Origin: an uncultured Gammaproteobacteria bacterium
GTDB lineage: Bacteria; Patescibacteriota; Microgenomatia; UBA10105; UBA927
Direction: 5' to 3'
DNA length: 64,000 bases
Assembly: GCA_964361785.1 (NCBI GenBank)
Contig: CAYIBX010000003.1
Location: 4,769-68,768 of the forward strand
Part shown: in pieces, positions 25,419-35,663 of the stretch
Position numbering within the stretch: position 1 is the first letter of the stretch
Layout of the letters: every line of letters starts with the position of its first letter
Notes under the pieces: model-generated
Told to the model about the DNA's origin: nothing
What the model saw: only the letters and a program-made list of their open reading frames with translations
The model's database searches: none
Translations under genes and position numbers: made by a program

Positions 25419-26689
25419 TGTTTTTTGTATTCACTCCATGCGCGTAATAATACTGAATGCGTGGCAACCAATACAAGTGCTTCTGAACAGAGGGTAATCC
25501 ACGCAGAAGCGTGCGCCCCATACGTCGGAACAAACAATACATTTGCGCCAATGTTTATCACCATTGCAATCAAATATATGACCGAAAGTTCCCATCGCTT
25601 ATTGAAAACAAAAAGCATCCACATTACAAGTGACGACAAAAAAAATAATGGCAACGATAAAGCTAAAATTCGTAAATACTCGGCGCTAGTAGAAAAATCC
25701 GGCCGTATAACCGAAAGAAATGGCGCCAAAATCCACACACTTACTCCAAACACAACGGAAAGAAGTGTTAATGCAAAACCAAGTTTTCTATACCGCGTCA
25801 CAAGGGAAATAAATGACTGTTGTTTGGATGTAAGCAGTATGGGGTATGAAGCGTTCATAATAAACGTAGGGATAACCAAAATCGTTTCAAAAAATCGGTA
25901 AGCAAATCCATAGGTACCAACTTCTATGGTGGTACGGGTGAGTGTCAATATAACGCTATCCGCGTGAGCATAAATGAGGTTTGCCATAAGCGTTAGCCCC
26001 ACAGGAAACGATGCCACAAACAATTTTTTCATATACTCGCCGTTATAGTGTGTCGTCAACCTTTCGAGCCGACTCATACAGATAAATGCAAAAACAGCGG
26101 ATGCGATGCTTGCGCTAAGGTACACGCCTGCACCAATAAGGGGTGGGGAGAAGGGGATTGTAGAAAAAAAATACAAGGCAAAAAGTCCTACAAAGCTTCC
26201 AAAACTCACGCTATAGAACGAATAGTCATACCGCAAATGTTTCTGAAACACTGCATTTGACGTTGTGATAATCGATTGAAACAGAATGGAGGGCGCATAC
26301 AACAAAATTCCCGTTCTCACTACCAACGTGTATCCGTCATTGATACCTACAGGGACAACACCAAGAAGAACGTACGCTATACCGAGTAAAACAAAAGACC
26401 ATAGGAGACGCAAAAAAAACAATGAGGGGAATGTGTATTGGGTTTGGGCGTCTGACAAATACACCGCATTAAACCCAAAATCCGCGATGATAAAAAATGC
26501 GCTTACATACATCACAACTTTCACGATGTCACCATAACCGAGAGGACCCAATAAGCGAGCAAGATACAGCGTGACAAAAAATGTCGTTCCCGCACCCACA
26601 ATTTTTCCTGCGAGTTGGTAAAAAATGTTCGTAGAAATTTGTATTGCTGCAGATGAAGATTTTGGTGACAAAAACATCTTGGTTTCCAT
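25415..26689 (-). CDS. Polysaccharide flippase (Wzx-like)
   Basis: Multi-TM, LARLLGPLGYG, IADFG, VGTYGFAYR. Confidence 0.85.
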   Translation of the reverse strand: METKMFLSPKSSSAAIQISTNIFYQLAGKIVGAGTTFFVTLYLARLLGPLGYGDIVKVVMYVSAFFIIADFGFNAVYLSDAQTQYTFPSLFFLRLLWSFVLLGIAYVLLGVVPVGINDGYTLVVRTGILLYAPSILFQSIITTSNAVFQKHLRYDYSFYSVSFGSFVGLFALYFFSTIPFSPPLIGAGVYLSASIASAVFAFICMSRLERLTTHYNGEYMKKLFVASFPVGLTLMANLIYAHADSVILTLTRTTIEVGTYGFAYRFFETILVIPTFIMNASYPILLTSKQQSFISLVTRYRKLGFALTLLSVVFGVSVWILAPFLSVIRPDFSTSAEYLRILALSLPLFFLSSLVMWMLFVFNKRWELSVIYLIAMVINIGANVLFVPTYGAHASAWITLCSEALVLVATHSVLLRAWSEYKKQ

Positions 26690-26709
26690 TGTATCACCAA
26701 GATTTAGTA

Positions 26710-28035
26710 TTACGATCGATGGAAGCGCGAAGAAAGGTATAGGCCGATAAGCCACGCGGTGAGTAATTGTCCCTGCTGCAAGGACCACAGATAGTGATCA
26801 AACAATCCCAGGAAACCAAGAGCAATAAGAGCAGCTCCATATGCCGGAGTGTCAATGCCCACAGGGGTCAAATATTTTTTCATATGCCAGTAATAATAGG
26901 CGAGTATCATAAAGAAACCGCCAACCCCAACAATCCCTATCTCTGATAGCGCCAATAAATAGACGTTGTGCGTGGGCTGAATACCAACAATAAATATTAC
27001 GTTTCGATCTCCTGTAAAAGATAAAACAAAATTACCAAGTCCCACACCTGTTGCCCAATGGTTTCCTATAACGGAAAGTGCAAAAATGTTTAATTTCTGC
27101 CTCACCAAGACGCTTTCATCAGAAACACTCAGAGGCAACACAAAAAGCAAGCCCGTGATTAGTGTGCCAATGACGATCACCGAGCCAAATTGCAATAAAC
27201 GATTGCTCTTGTTTTGCGATCGAAAAACATATCGCCAAACCAAAAGCATTGCTCCTGTCACAATTACCACTCTACTCATGGAAAGAAAAAGCGCAGCGAC
27301 AATAATCGTCGGAACTAAATAATGTACAACGTTCGTATAGACTTTATTAGTCTTTTTGATAATATAATCCTTTAGTGAAACGAGTAGAAATAGCGCGATT
27401 GAGAGATACCCGCCTAATACGTTGGGGTGCGCAAATGTCGCATAGGGACGCAATAATAACTGGCACGACTCAAGAAAGGGAGTGCACACATGGCCTCGCG
27501 CTATCAGAGGAGTATCAATGGTAAAGAGACGTTCTCCTAAAAACCTAAAAACACCGCCCACAGAATGCTGCAGTATAAACTGTACGATCGCTACTATCGA
27601 TGAAAACAAGGCGCTTATTATCAACGCACGAAGGTACCATTTTTTTTCTTTACCATGAGAAGCGACATAAAAAACAATAAAACCAAACAATCCCGCCTTC
27701 GCCCATCGATAAAGAGCAATCTGCCAAGAAAAAGCGTTGAATATATTAAGCAGGGCAATGCTGATAACGGCCGCTGATAGCACTATATAAACGCGGTGTT
27801 TTTTAGACCAAACACGACTACTGCTTGGCGTAAGAAAAAGAAACGATAATGCCCAAAAAATCATAGCAGCAAGAGCTAAACAATCGGTGAAATAGACGGT
27901 TGGAGAGAGATAATCAATGCGTCTTCCTAAAAAAATCGTCCAGATTGGCCAAAAATGAAGCCCCAACTGAACAGGAATACAAAAACCGAGAATGCGCATC
28001 AAATACAAAGAGAATTTTTCTGCCCACATACTCAC
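26710..28035 (-). CDS. O-antigen ligase-like membrane protein
   Basis: RPYATFAHPNVLGG, SMSR, GVGLGNF, PTHNVYL. Confidence 0.85.
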   Translation of the reverse strand: MSMWAEKFSLYLMRILGFCIPVQLGLHFWPIWTIFLGRRIDYLSPTVYFTDCLALAAMIFWALSFLFLTPSSSRVWSKKHRVYIVLSAAVISIALLNIFNAFSWQIALYRWAKAGLFGFIVFYVASHGKEKKWYLRALIISALFSSIVAIVQFILQHSVGGVFRFLGERLFTIDTPLIARGHVCTPFLESCQLLLRPYATFAHPNVLGGYLSIALFLLVSLKDYIIKKTNKVYTNVVHYLVPTIIVAALFLSMSRVVIVTGAMLLVWRYVFRSQNKSNRLLQFGSVIVIGTLITGLLFVLPLSVSDESVLVRQKLNIFALSVIGNHWATGVGLGNFVLSFTGDRNVIFIVGIQPTHNVYLLALSEIGIVGVGGFFMILAYYYWHMKKYLTPVGIDTPAYGAALIALGFLGLFDHYLWSLQQGQLLTAWLIGLYLSSRFHRS

Positions 28036-28038
28036 ATC

Positions 28039-28497
28039 TTACGACTTTGGTCTCACAAGAAGCGTTCTGTTTTCGCCTTCGCCAGTTGATTCTGTTTGGA
28101 CACGATCATCTCCTGAGAGTGTTAAATGAACGATGCGCCTTTCAGACGGTGAAAGGCGAGGCAAATCAACTTCGCGACCCATAGAAACTGCGCGATCTGC
28201 AGCTCTAAGCGCCATATGCATGAGCGCTTCTTCTCGCTTCTCTCTATAGTCGCCAACGTTTACATAAATCTTTACCCATCTACCAAGCTCCTTAGAAACA
28301 ATAATGCCCAAAATTACCTGCATACTCTCAAGCGTTTTTCCATGATATCCTATAAGAAGCCCTGTTTCTTCTGTTTCAATCGCCACGCGAAAAGCATCTG
28401 TTTCATCCGTAGACACCGAAACAGCACCTGTTAATTCAAGTTTTGACAGAACCTTCTCTGTAAGCTGTTGAATATGAGTGGTGTCGTCCATAACCAT
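28039..28497 (-). CDS. jag: Jag/KhpB KH-R3H RNA-binding protein
   Basis: LLIGYHGKTL, ERRIVH, STGEG. Confidence 0.9.
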   Translation of the reverse strand: MVMDDTTHIQQLTEKVLSKLELTGAVSVSTDETDAFRVAIETEETGLLIGYHGKTLESMQVILGIIVSKELGRWVKIYVNVGDYREKREEALMHMALRAADRAVSMGREVDLPRLSPSERRIVHLTLSGDDRVQTESTGEGENRTLLVRPKS

Positions 28498-29324
28498 TAC
28501 TCCTTATTTACGCGCAGTTGCTGCATGATACCAAAAAGTCCAAACACGTTCCAGTAGAGAGATAATCCGAGCGGGAACTGGAAAGCAAACATACCAAACA
28601 TAATCGGGGTAATAAGCATCATCTGTTTTTGCATCTCTGCTGCTGTGTCAACCTTCGGCTCTTCTTTTTTGCCATCGGTATTCTTCTTAATTTCTTTCTT
28701 GTTAACTGTTGATTGTGAATTGTTCATAGTCGCCGAAGGTTGCGGCATCATTAACTTACTTTGCCAAAACTGTAATGCTGCAGTGATCACAGGGATTGTA
28801 AGCAGCCACCAACCATGCGTCTGCCAGCTTGAGGGCTTCAACCCAAGACTTACCCCAAAAAAATTTAGGTCAAACGATTGAATCTGAAGCACGGTACTAT
28901 AAACCACCTTGTTTAAATCTACTACGAGCTTTTCCATGTTTCCGTTTTGTAATACTTGATAAAACACATTGTAGAGAGCAATAAGAACGGGCATTTGAAC
29001 AAGCAGAGGCAAACACCCCGCGGCAGGATTAACCCCGTGCTGTTTGTACAAATCCATTTGTGCTTTTTGAAGTGCTGGTTTATCGTCTTTATGCCTACTC
29101 GTAAGCTCATCAAGGTGTGGTTTTAACCCCGCCATTTGTTTGGCAGAACGAAGTTGTGCGCGGGTAAGAGGGTAGAGAAGCAAACGAATAGCAACAGTCA
29201 ATAAAATGACTGCAAACCCTAAAGGACCGGGCACGTGAAGCGCTTCAAACGCCTTATAAAATACCATCAATAAATTGATGATTGGCCAAACAAAAAATTG
29301 ATTCCAGAATGTCATTTCTACCAT
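28497..29324 (-). CDS. yidC: Membrane protein insertase YidC
   Basis: IRLLLYPL, NPAAGCLPLLVQMP, GLSLYW. Confidence 0.95.
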   Translation of the reverse strand: MVEMTFWNQFFVWPIINLLMVFYKAFEALHVPGPLGFAVILLTVAIRLLLYPLTRAQLRSAKQMAGLKPHLDELTSRHKDDKPALQKAQMDLYKQHGVNPAAGCLPLLVQMPVLIALYNVFYQVLQNGNMEKLVVDLNKVVYSTVLQIQSFDLNFFGVSLGLKPSSWQTHGWWLLTIPVITAALQFWQSKLMMPQPSATMNNSQSTVNKKEIKKNTDGKKEEPKVDTAAEMQKQMMLITPIMFGMFAFQFPLGLSLYWNVFGLFGIMQQLRVNKE

Positions 29325-29388
29325 ATATAATAATTCACAATCTCCAATGCTCAATATCCGACATGAAAAAAATCATTTTATATAATCT

Positions 29389-29685
29389 TTAATCCTTGTT
29401 GTGTATTGTGACTTGGTCATTGAGATTTCTTTTCGGTACTGGATCAAAACCCGAACCGCCAAATGGATTACATCGTATAATTCGTCGTACACCTAAATAC
29501 AATCCGTATAGTATACCATAGGTGCTCACCGCCTCGTATGTGTAATCGCTACATCGTGGTGCAAACCGACAAAACGTTCCTGTCGTTGTCCCTGCAAAGC
29601 GATGAAGTGTCACGGCTAGTGGGCCCGTGTCGAAAGACAAAAATCGCTGATAGAAACGGATACTTGCTAATACTATTTTTTTCAT
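29389..29685 (-). CDS. yidD: Membrane protein insertion efficiency factor YidD
   Basis: [24 protein letters not shown]. Confidence 0.93.
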   Translation of the reverse strand: MKKIVLASIRFYQRFLSFDTGPLAVTLHRFAGTTTGTFCRFAPRCSDYTYEAVSTYGILYGLYLGVRRIIRCNPFGGSGFDPVPKRNLNDQVTIHNKD

Positions 29686-29689
29686 GGCG

Positions 29690-30025
29690 CTATTTTTTTA
29701 GTGCTGCAAACAATTCTTTAAATAAAGCCTCTGCAAATTGAGATGTAGTTGGGTGTAGTTTTTGCTCGACCACTACTACATATCCAAAAGAGGGTGTAAA
29801 CACATCAATCGTCGACAGGGCTGCGTGGCGCAGGCACCGCTTTATTCTTTTACGAACAACTGCTGTTTTTTCCACCTTCGATGAAACTATAAATCCCACA
29901 TGGGGCGTACCAGTCTCTAATAATTTAGCCCAAACAAGCTTGAGGCCGTTGTAACGAAAAAACTTTCCGCGTCGCAACACGAGGCGCATTTCTTTGGAAG
30001 TGGCTCTATACTGTTTTGGCAGCAT
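29690..30025 (-). CDS. rnpA: Ribonuclease P protein component
   Basis: [18 protein letters not shown]; synteny with rpmH and yidD. Confidence 0.88.
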   Translation of the reverse strand: MLPKQYRATSKEMRLVLRRGKFFRYNGLKLVWAKLLETGTPHVGFIVSSKVEKTAVVRKRIKRCLRHAALSTIDVFTPSFGYVVVVEQKLHPTTSQFAEALFKELFAALKK

Positions 30026-30049
30026 ACAAAATTTGAGGAGTTGTCAAAG

Positions 30050-30187
30050 CTAAACGGTAAGACGCTTGCGACCCGTAAGTCTTCTGCGCTTCAACACTTT
30101 TCGACTTATGGCCGACTTCATACGACTTCGAAATCCATGTACACGTTTACGTTTAAGTTTTTTTGGCTGATATACTCGCTTTGGCAT
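30050..30187 (-). CDS. rpmH: 50S ribosomal protein L34 (not in ORF track)
   Basis: [45 protein letters not shown]. Confidence 0.96.
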   Translation of the reverse strand: MPKRVYQPKKLKRKRVHGFRSRMKSAISRKVLKRRRLTGRKRLTV

Positions 30188-30211
30188 ATACACACAGTAT
30201 ACCAGAATATT

Positions 30212-31510
30212 TCACTTGATCGCAAGTCGCTTCACCCAAAACGCAAATTGTTCGCCACGATCTTTATAATCTTTAAACTGATCAAAGCTCGTTGCGGCGG
30301 GGGAGAGAACACAAATTTTTCCGCTGGCAGTATGGGTATATGCAGCCTCCACCGCGTCTTTCATTGTAAGTACTTCTATGCTGGTAATTGCGTGATTATG
30401 AGTTTGAAGCGCATCAGAAACTCTTCTTCCCGTAGCACCCATAAGGATAAGAGTTTTTATTGATGATCTCGAAAGAGACTTACCAAGATCTTCATACGAA
30501 ATGCCCCGATCAAACCCTCCAGCTATAAGCGTTTCTGTAGCCGGCCCCAACGCTTGGATTGCGTGAATGGTTGCCTCTGGGATAGTAGCAAGAGAGTCGT
30601 TATAAAAACGTATCCCTTTGTGTTCCCCTATAAACTCTAGCCTATGAGGAAGCGGGATAAATGTGCGAAGACCATTTTGTATGTATTCTCTTGGGAGGCC
30701 AAACAACAAACAGGTAGAAACAGCAGCTGCTATATTTTCTTTGTTCCCCAACAGCGCGGTACTAAAATTTAAACTTGTGTCAGATGGAGTATATACTATT
30801 TTTCTTCCCTTAGACCTCACGGCTATTGCCGTTGCGGTTTCGCTTTCACTACTGTACACGACACTGTCTTTTTCTTTTTGAAACATTACCATGCGAGACT
30901 TGGCCGCAAAATATGCATCGAATGAACCATAATAATCCAAATGCTCTGAAACAACAGGCAAAACGACGGCAATGTTTGGACTGTATCGCACATCAGACAA
31001 TTGATGACTAGATAATTCAAAAACGTAAATTGTACCATGTGTCTCGTTTGCGCAGAAATCAAGCGCGGGTTTACCAATATTTCCGACCACTCGAACGTCT
31101 GAAAACTTTTGTGACAAAAGGTGGCCAATCAAACTTGAGGTTGTGCTTTTTCCTTTTGTGCCCGTTACTCCTATAACCATCGCAGGGTTTCGTGAAAAAA
31201 ATATATTTGTAGCACTCGTAAGCCAACCGCCCCCCTTACAATATGAAACCAGCTCTGGGGTGTCTTTGGAAACGCCGGGAGAGCGCACTATTGTGTCAAA
31301 GTGGTGTAAATCAGCAAGCCAACGCTCTCCTGTTTGTGTGGTTATGACGGGAAATTTCGGAGCAATTATTTTTTTGTCGGCTATTGAAATGCGTATATTA
31401 GGACAAGATAGGGCAAGATATCTGTGCACACTCGCGCCTTCACGTCCGTATCCCACGATAAGCACGTTTTTACCACGGATTTCGTTTGTGTGTTTGTTTT
31501 TTTGTTTCAT
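30212..31510 (-). CDS. murD: UDP-MurNAc-L-Ala--glutamate ligase (MurD2-like)
   Basis: GYGREG, RSPG, GVTGTKGKSTT, ELSSHQL, PHRLE, NDSLAT, LSPAATSFDQF; ATGA overlap with murL. Confidence 0.9.
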   Translation of the reverse strand: MKQKNKHTNEIRGKNVLIVGYGREGASVHRYLALSCPNIRISIADKKIIAPKFPVITTQTGERWLADLHHFDTIVRSPGVSKDTPELVSYCKGGGWLTSATNIFFSRNPAMVIGVTGTKGKSTTSSLIGHLLSQKFSDVRVVGNIGKPALDFCANETHGTIYVFELSSHQLSDVRYSPNIAVVLPVVSEHLDYYGSFDAYFAAKSRMVMFQKEKDSVVYSSESETATAIAVRSKGRKIVYTPSDTSLNFSTALLGNKENIAAAVSTCLLFGLPREYIQNGLRTFIPLPHRLEFIGEHKGIRFYNDSLATIPEATIHAIQALGPATETLIAGGFDRGISYEDLGKSLSRSSIKTLILMGATGRRVSDALQTHNHAITSIEVLTMKDAVEAAYTHTASGKICVLSPAATSFDQFKDYKDRGEQFAFWVKRLAIK

Positions 31511-32883
31511 GGTTCTTTTTGCGATTTTTCCCACGCGCTCAATAGAAGCGTCGCGTGCTCATCAGGAACATTATGATTTCCGTCTATATGATTAAACGCA
31601 CGTGTAGATAGCTCATTTACATCTTGATCTTTTATTCCCGCTTCTACTTTAATCAACAAAAGCCCCTCTGGAATTTTTCGCTTGATGCTTTTATACAACC
31701 GTAATGAAAAAAGAAGGGCCAGTTTTGCCTCATCCCTTGTTCCAACGCACTCAAACGGCTTCACCGCATCAATGCCGACAAGCTCACGAAGAAACGTAAG
31801 TATCGTGGCTTTTAAAAAGTAATCTTCTCCAAATATCTTCATCATCGTTTCATACGATACAAAAGGGAAAAGTGTCAAATACGTAAACGCACACTTGGCG
31901 CAGTTGCCACACCACCCGTTACTAATGCGCGCCTTATTACAGCTTCTAAAAAGGGGCAGTATTTGCAATTCTTGCGAAAACATTTTACTTATCTGAAGAT
32001 CGTTAAATGGTCGCATCGCACTAAAATATGCTATAGACGGGGTCAATTCATTTTCAATATGTGCACGAAACAAATTCTCGTAACGCAATGACTTTGAATA
32101 CTGATGGTTTATTTCTGTCCCTTTGTACAGGACGTTTCCCTCGTTGGCACCCTGCTCGTTTGCTACAATTACATTTTCGTACCCATAAAGCGCTGCAACC
32201 GTCGAGCCAATAAAAGACAACAGCGCTGAAAAGGGTGTGTGTCCATTTAAATACCCATTTTTATTTAATTCTTGCAGTTTAGGATCAAGGACTCGAGTAA
32301 CCACGATTGGATCTTTAAGGCTCAAGGCGCGTATTGTGTCTAATGCCGCTCCTGAGGGGTTAACAACCATTGGCGCAATTTTTCTGTTGCTTTTTTTTGC
32401 TAATAAAGAAAGAAGAAGCGATGAATCTTTTCCGCCGCCAACCAATACAAGGTCGGTAGGTTTCGTATCTATGGCAATTGGTTCTTTTCTTCCCTCGCCC
32501 CCCGATCGAATAGTAAAAAAATCGTTGACTGTAAAATCTATCTTATTTATATAATAAAATTCCCCAAGCCCATGAAAAAATAGGTCTTCAAAAAATCGTG
32601 TGCTGGTGGACGAAAGCTGGCCGGCCTCAACAAACAATTCTTTGGGACAAGCCGCTTTCCAATAGCTTATTGCCTCAACAACTCCCAACTGAAAAAGAAA
32701 CCTATCAATCGTTGTTATGTCAACTCCTTGTGGACGCGGAAAATAAAACGTTGATTTAAGCTCAATGTCCGGTTCTAGTGTGTAGGAGTAAACAACCACA
32801 AGGCCGGCTTCTGTTTTTTTTACGCTGTAAGCCTTGTACACAAGGTTTGGGTGCAGGTCTCGTAATTTCTCGATAGTCATCAT
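31507..32883 (-). CDS. murL: UDP-MurNAc-L-Ala-L-Glu epimerase MurL
   Basis: SYWKA, GGGKDS, NGHTPFS, NHQYSKS, WCGNCAKC, KPFECVG; adjacent to murD. Confidence 0.85.
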   Translation of the reverse strand: MMTIEKLRDLHPNLVYKAYSVKKTEAGLVVVYSYTLEPDIELKSTFYFPRPQGVDITTIDRFLFQLGVVEAISYWKAACPKELFVEAGQLSSTSTRFFEDLFFHGLGEFYYINKIDFTVNDFFTIRSGGEGRKEPIAIDTKPTDLVLVGGGKDSSLLLSLLAKKSNRKIAPMVVNPSGAALDTIRALSLKDPIVVTRVLDPKLQELNKNGYLNGHTPFSALLSFIGSTVAALYGYENVIVANEQGANEGNVLYKGTEINHQYSKSLRYENLFRAHIENELTPSIAYFSAMRPFNDLQISKMFSQELQILPLFRSCNKARISNGWCGNCAKCAFTYLTLFPFVSYETMMKIFGEDYFLKATILTFLRELVGIDAVKPFECVGTRDEAKLALLFSLRLYKSIKRKIPEGLLLIKVEAGIKDQDVNELSTRAFNHIDGNHNVPDEHATLLLSAWEKSQKEP

Positions 32884-32910
32884 TCACATTGTATCAAACA
32901 TGCTTTACCC

Positions 32911-32957
32911 TTGACAAAGCTGCTCCTGTTTTGTAGGATGTGGATAACTTTTCCACA
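32911..32957 (+). promoter_or_regulatory. dnaA promoter with adjacent DnaA boxes
   Basis: TTGACA-17-TAGGAT, then TGTGGATAA (32939-32947) and TTTTCCACA (32949-32957). Confidence 0.75.
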
Positions 32958-32979
32958 CTGTCTCCTTGCCCCACTTTTT

Positions 32980-34341
32980 ATGGATCTTACACGTATTTGG
33001 AAGTCTGTTTTGTCTGAGATAGAACTTTCTGTATCAAAAGCTACGTATCAAACACACTTTGCCCACTCACTGCTGCTTTCTATTGATAATGACGTTGTGT
33101 CGCTGGGGTTTCCTAGCCCAATAATGCGAACGCTTGCTGAGACTCGCTATTATAGTTTAATTAAAAGCATTTTAGACAACAAGACGGGTCGAAACACAAG
33201 TCTCGTATTTTCTGTGATTGCCAAAAAAGAATCATCAACAGCCTCCATGGGCCCGCTATTTTCACAAACAGCAGAGCCTCAAGCGCCAACCGCCGCGTCC
33301 GTCGCGCGCCGATATCACATCAGCCCAGACCTAACTTTTGACAACTTTGCTGTTTCGACAAGCAATCAGTTAGCGTACGCTGCAGCGACTGCGGTAGCTA
33401 AATCCCCAAGCTCTGCATACAACCCTCTCTTTCTCTATGGTGGGGTGGGGGTAGGAAAAACACATCTTATGCATGCTATCGCAAACAGCATGCTCAAAAA
33501 AGGAAGCCTGCGAGTAGTGTACTGTATGGGCGAAGAATTTTTAAATGAAATCATAGAGGCCATACAAACCAAAACCGCTCGTCAGTTTAAACAAAAGTAT
33601 CGAAGCGCACAGCTTTTAATCGTCGACGACGTACAATTTATCGCAGGGAAACAAACCGCGCAAGAGGAGTTCTTCCACACCTTTAACGCCGTACTTCGTG
33701 AGGGGGGTCAAATTTTGCTTTCATCAGACAGGCCGCCACACGAAATATCAAAATTAGAAGACAGACTGCGAAGCCGATTCGAGGGTGGATTAATAGTAGA
33801 CATTTCTCAGCCAGACTTTGAACTTCGCGCGGCCATTATAAACATCAAAGCTATTATGTTGGGTCTGTCCATGCCAAACGACTGTGCACAGCTTATTGCG
33901 GCAAACATCATGGACGCAAGAGCAATTGAGGGGTTCCTTAGAAGACTTACGACCGTGAGCGCGTCAAAAAGTGAACCCATAACGCCCGAGCTTATTTCTG
34001 GGATACTAAACACCAAGCCCCTTTCTGCTGGTCAAGCAAACAAACTAACCAAACGCGTCAATCCACAAGAGGTGTTGGAGGCGGTGGCATCCTACTATGA
34101 CATTAAATCTACACAACTAAAGGGTCCAAAACGCGACAGGCCCATCGCAAGACCAAGACAGGTATTTATGTACATAGCAAAAAATGAGCTTGGCCTTACG
34201 TACCAAGACATTGGTGGGCTTTTGGGCGGGCGAGACCACACCACAATAATGCACGGGGTCGAGACTGTTACACACGAGTTGTCCACAAACGAGCACCTTC
34301 GAAACGCGCTTGTGGGGATAAAACAAAAATTATGGGTTTAG
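32980..34341 (+). CDS. dnaA: Chromosomal replication initiator DnaA
   Basis: YNPLFLYGGVGVGKTHL, DDVQF, QEEFFHTFN, RDHTTIMHG. Confidence 0.97.
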   Translation: MDLTRIWKSVLSEIELSVSKATYQTHFAHSLLLSIDNDVVSLGFPSPIMRTLAETRYYSLIKSILDNKTGRNTSLVFSVIAKKESSTASMGPLFSQTAEPQAPTAASVARRYHISPDLTFDNFAVSTSNQLAYAAATAVAKSPSSAYNPLFLYGGVGVGKTHLMHAIANSMLKKGSLRVVYCMGEEFLNEIIEAIQTKTARQFKQKYRSAQLLIVDDVQFIAGKQTAQEEFFHTFNAVLREGGQILLSSDRPPHEISKLEDRLRSRFEGGLIVDISQPDFELRAAIINIKAIMLGLSMPNDCAQLIAANIMDARAIEGFLRRLTTVSASKSEPITPELISGILNTKPLSAGQANKLTKRVNPQEVLEAVASYYDIKSTQLKGPKRDRPIARPRQVFMYIAKNELGLTYQDIGGLLGGRDHTTIMHGVETVTHELSTNEHLRNALVGIKQKLWV

Positions 34342-34545
34342 TAAGGATTGGGTTTTCCACTTCTCCACATTTTCCCTCTTTTTATCCACAAACTTATCCA
34401 CTTTTCTTTCTTCTTGTTTTTTCGTTTTTCCACTTTTTTCTTTTACTTGTTTTTCCCGCCATTGACAGACAAACACAAAAACCATACACTTTTCCACACC
34501 CATTTCTAATTACTACTACTAATTAGATTACTTATTAAACAACAC
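34342..34545. other. Replication origin oriC
   Basis: dnaA-dnaN spacer with TTATCCACA (34382-34390), TTATCCACT, TTTTCCACA (34490-34498) and other partial boxes, followed by CTA/TTA trinucleotide repeats. Confidence 0.85.
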
Positions 34546-35652
34546 ATGAACACACAAATACTCCAAGAAAATTTTATGCGGGCGCTTTCCCGCGTAGGAA
34601 GAATAATTCCCCCAAGACCACAAATCCCAATATTACAAAATATTAAACTGAAAGCCACAAAAGAAGGAATAGAGATGATTACCACAAACATGGAGACTAC
34701 AATTGCATTGTGGGCCGGCGGAAAAACACAAAAGGCAGGAGAGGCGTGCGTCCCAGCAAGACTTCTGACAGAGTTCGTTTCTACACTTCCTCAATCCACA
34801 GTTACCCTGTCTTTTGAAGACGGAAGCCTTGTCGTTTCGTGTGGAACGTACAAGGCAAGCATCCCAACAGCCCCAGTTGCGGAGTTTCCTGAAACCCCAG
34901 TGTTTGAAGAGAAAAAAAGTGCAAAAACAGACAAGGCTCTTTTTATGGACGCCGTGTCCTCTGTGTTGTTTGCAGCAGCATCAGACGAGGGAAGACCAGT
35001 GCTCACGGGAATAAAGGTAAAAAAAGATGAGGAAGGAATAGTGTTAGCCGCCACCGACGGGTATAGATTATCTGTACGACACGTCAGGGCAAACCTGTCA
35101 CTAGAAGAAGGAATCATCATTCCGGCAAAGGCGTTGTTTGAAGTTGTTAAAATGTGTCAGGAAGAGAAAGAAGATCAAGAGCTTGTTGTAAGCAACTTAC
35201 AGGACAAGCAAATAGGGTTTAAAATAGGAGAAACCTCTCTTTATACGCGTCTTCTTTCGGGAGAATATCCGTCTTTTGAAAGAATTATCCCAAAAAACTT
35301 TACGACGAGAACGCTGGTCGATAAAGAATTGCTTTTACATGCGGCCAAGTCTGCAGCCGTTTTTGCTCGGGACAACGCAAACATAATAAAATTAAGCTTT
35401 GCCAAGCAAAAAATTATCGTCTCTGCAAACGCTCCCCAAACAGGAGGAAATACTGTAGATGTGGATGCGAAAATAGACGGCGACGGGGGAGAAATCGCAT
35501 TTAATTCAAGGTTTCTTATCGAATATCTTTCAAATACCACGGAAGAAGAAGTGCTGTTTGAAATGACGGGAGCATTAAATCCGGGAGTTTTTAAGTCTCC
35601 TAAAGACGAAGGGCAACTTCATATTATAATGCCTGTACGGATTAGCGGGTAA
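34546..35652 (+). CDS. dnaN: DNA polymerase III beta clamp
   Basis: RPVLTG, ATDGYRLS, GEYP, IAFNSRFL, IIMPVR. Confidence 0.97.
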   Translation: MNTQILQENFMRALSRVGRIIPPRPQIPILQNIKLKATKEGIEMITTNMETTIALWAGGKTQKAGEACVPARLLTEFVSTLPQSTVTLSFEDGSLVVSCGTYKASIPTAPVAEFPETPVFEEKKSAKTDKALFMDAVSSVLFAAASDEGRPVLTGIKVKKDEEGIVLAATDGYRLSVRHVRANLSLEEGIIIPAKALFEVVKMCQEEKEDQELVVSNLQDKQIGFKIGETSLYTRLLSGEYPSFERIIPKNFTTRTLVDKELLLHAAKSAAVFARDNANIIKLSFAKQKIIVSANAPQTGGNTVDVDAKIDGDGGEIAFNSRFLIEYLSNTTEEEVLFEMTGALNPGVFKSPKDEGQLHIIMPVRISG

Positions 35653-35663
35653 AAGCATGACCC

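Noticed and set aside
30041-30463. 140-aa plus-strand ORF
   Set aside because: Antisense shadow of rpmH and the murD end
32911-32979. TTG-start N-terminal extension of DnaA
   Set aside because: Sequence is the promoter and DnaA boxes; ATG 32980 fits the DnaA N-terminus
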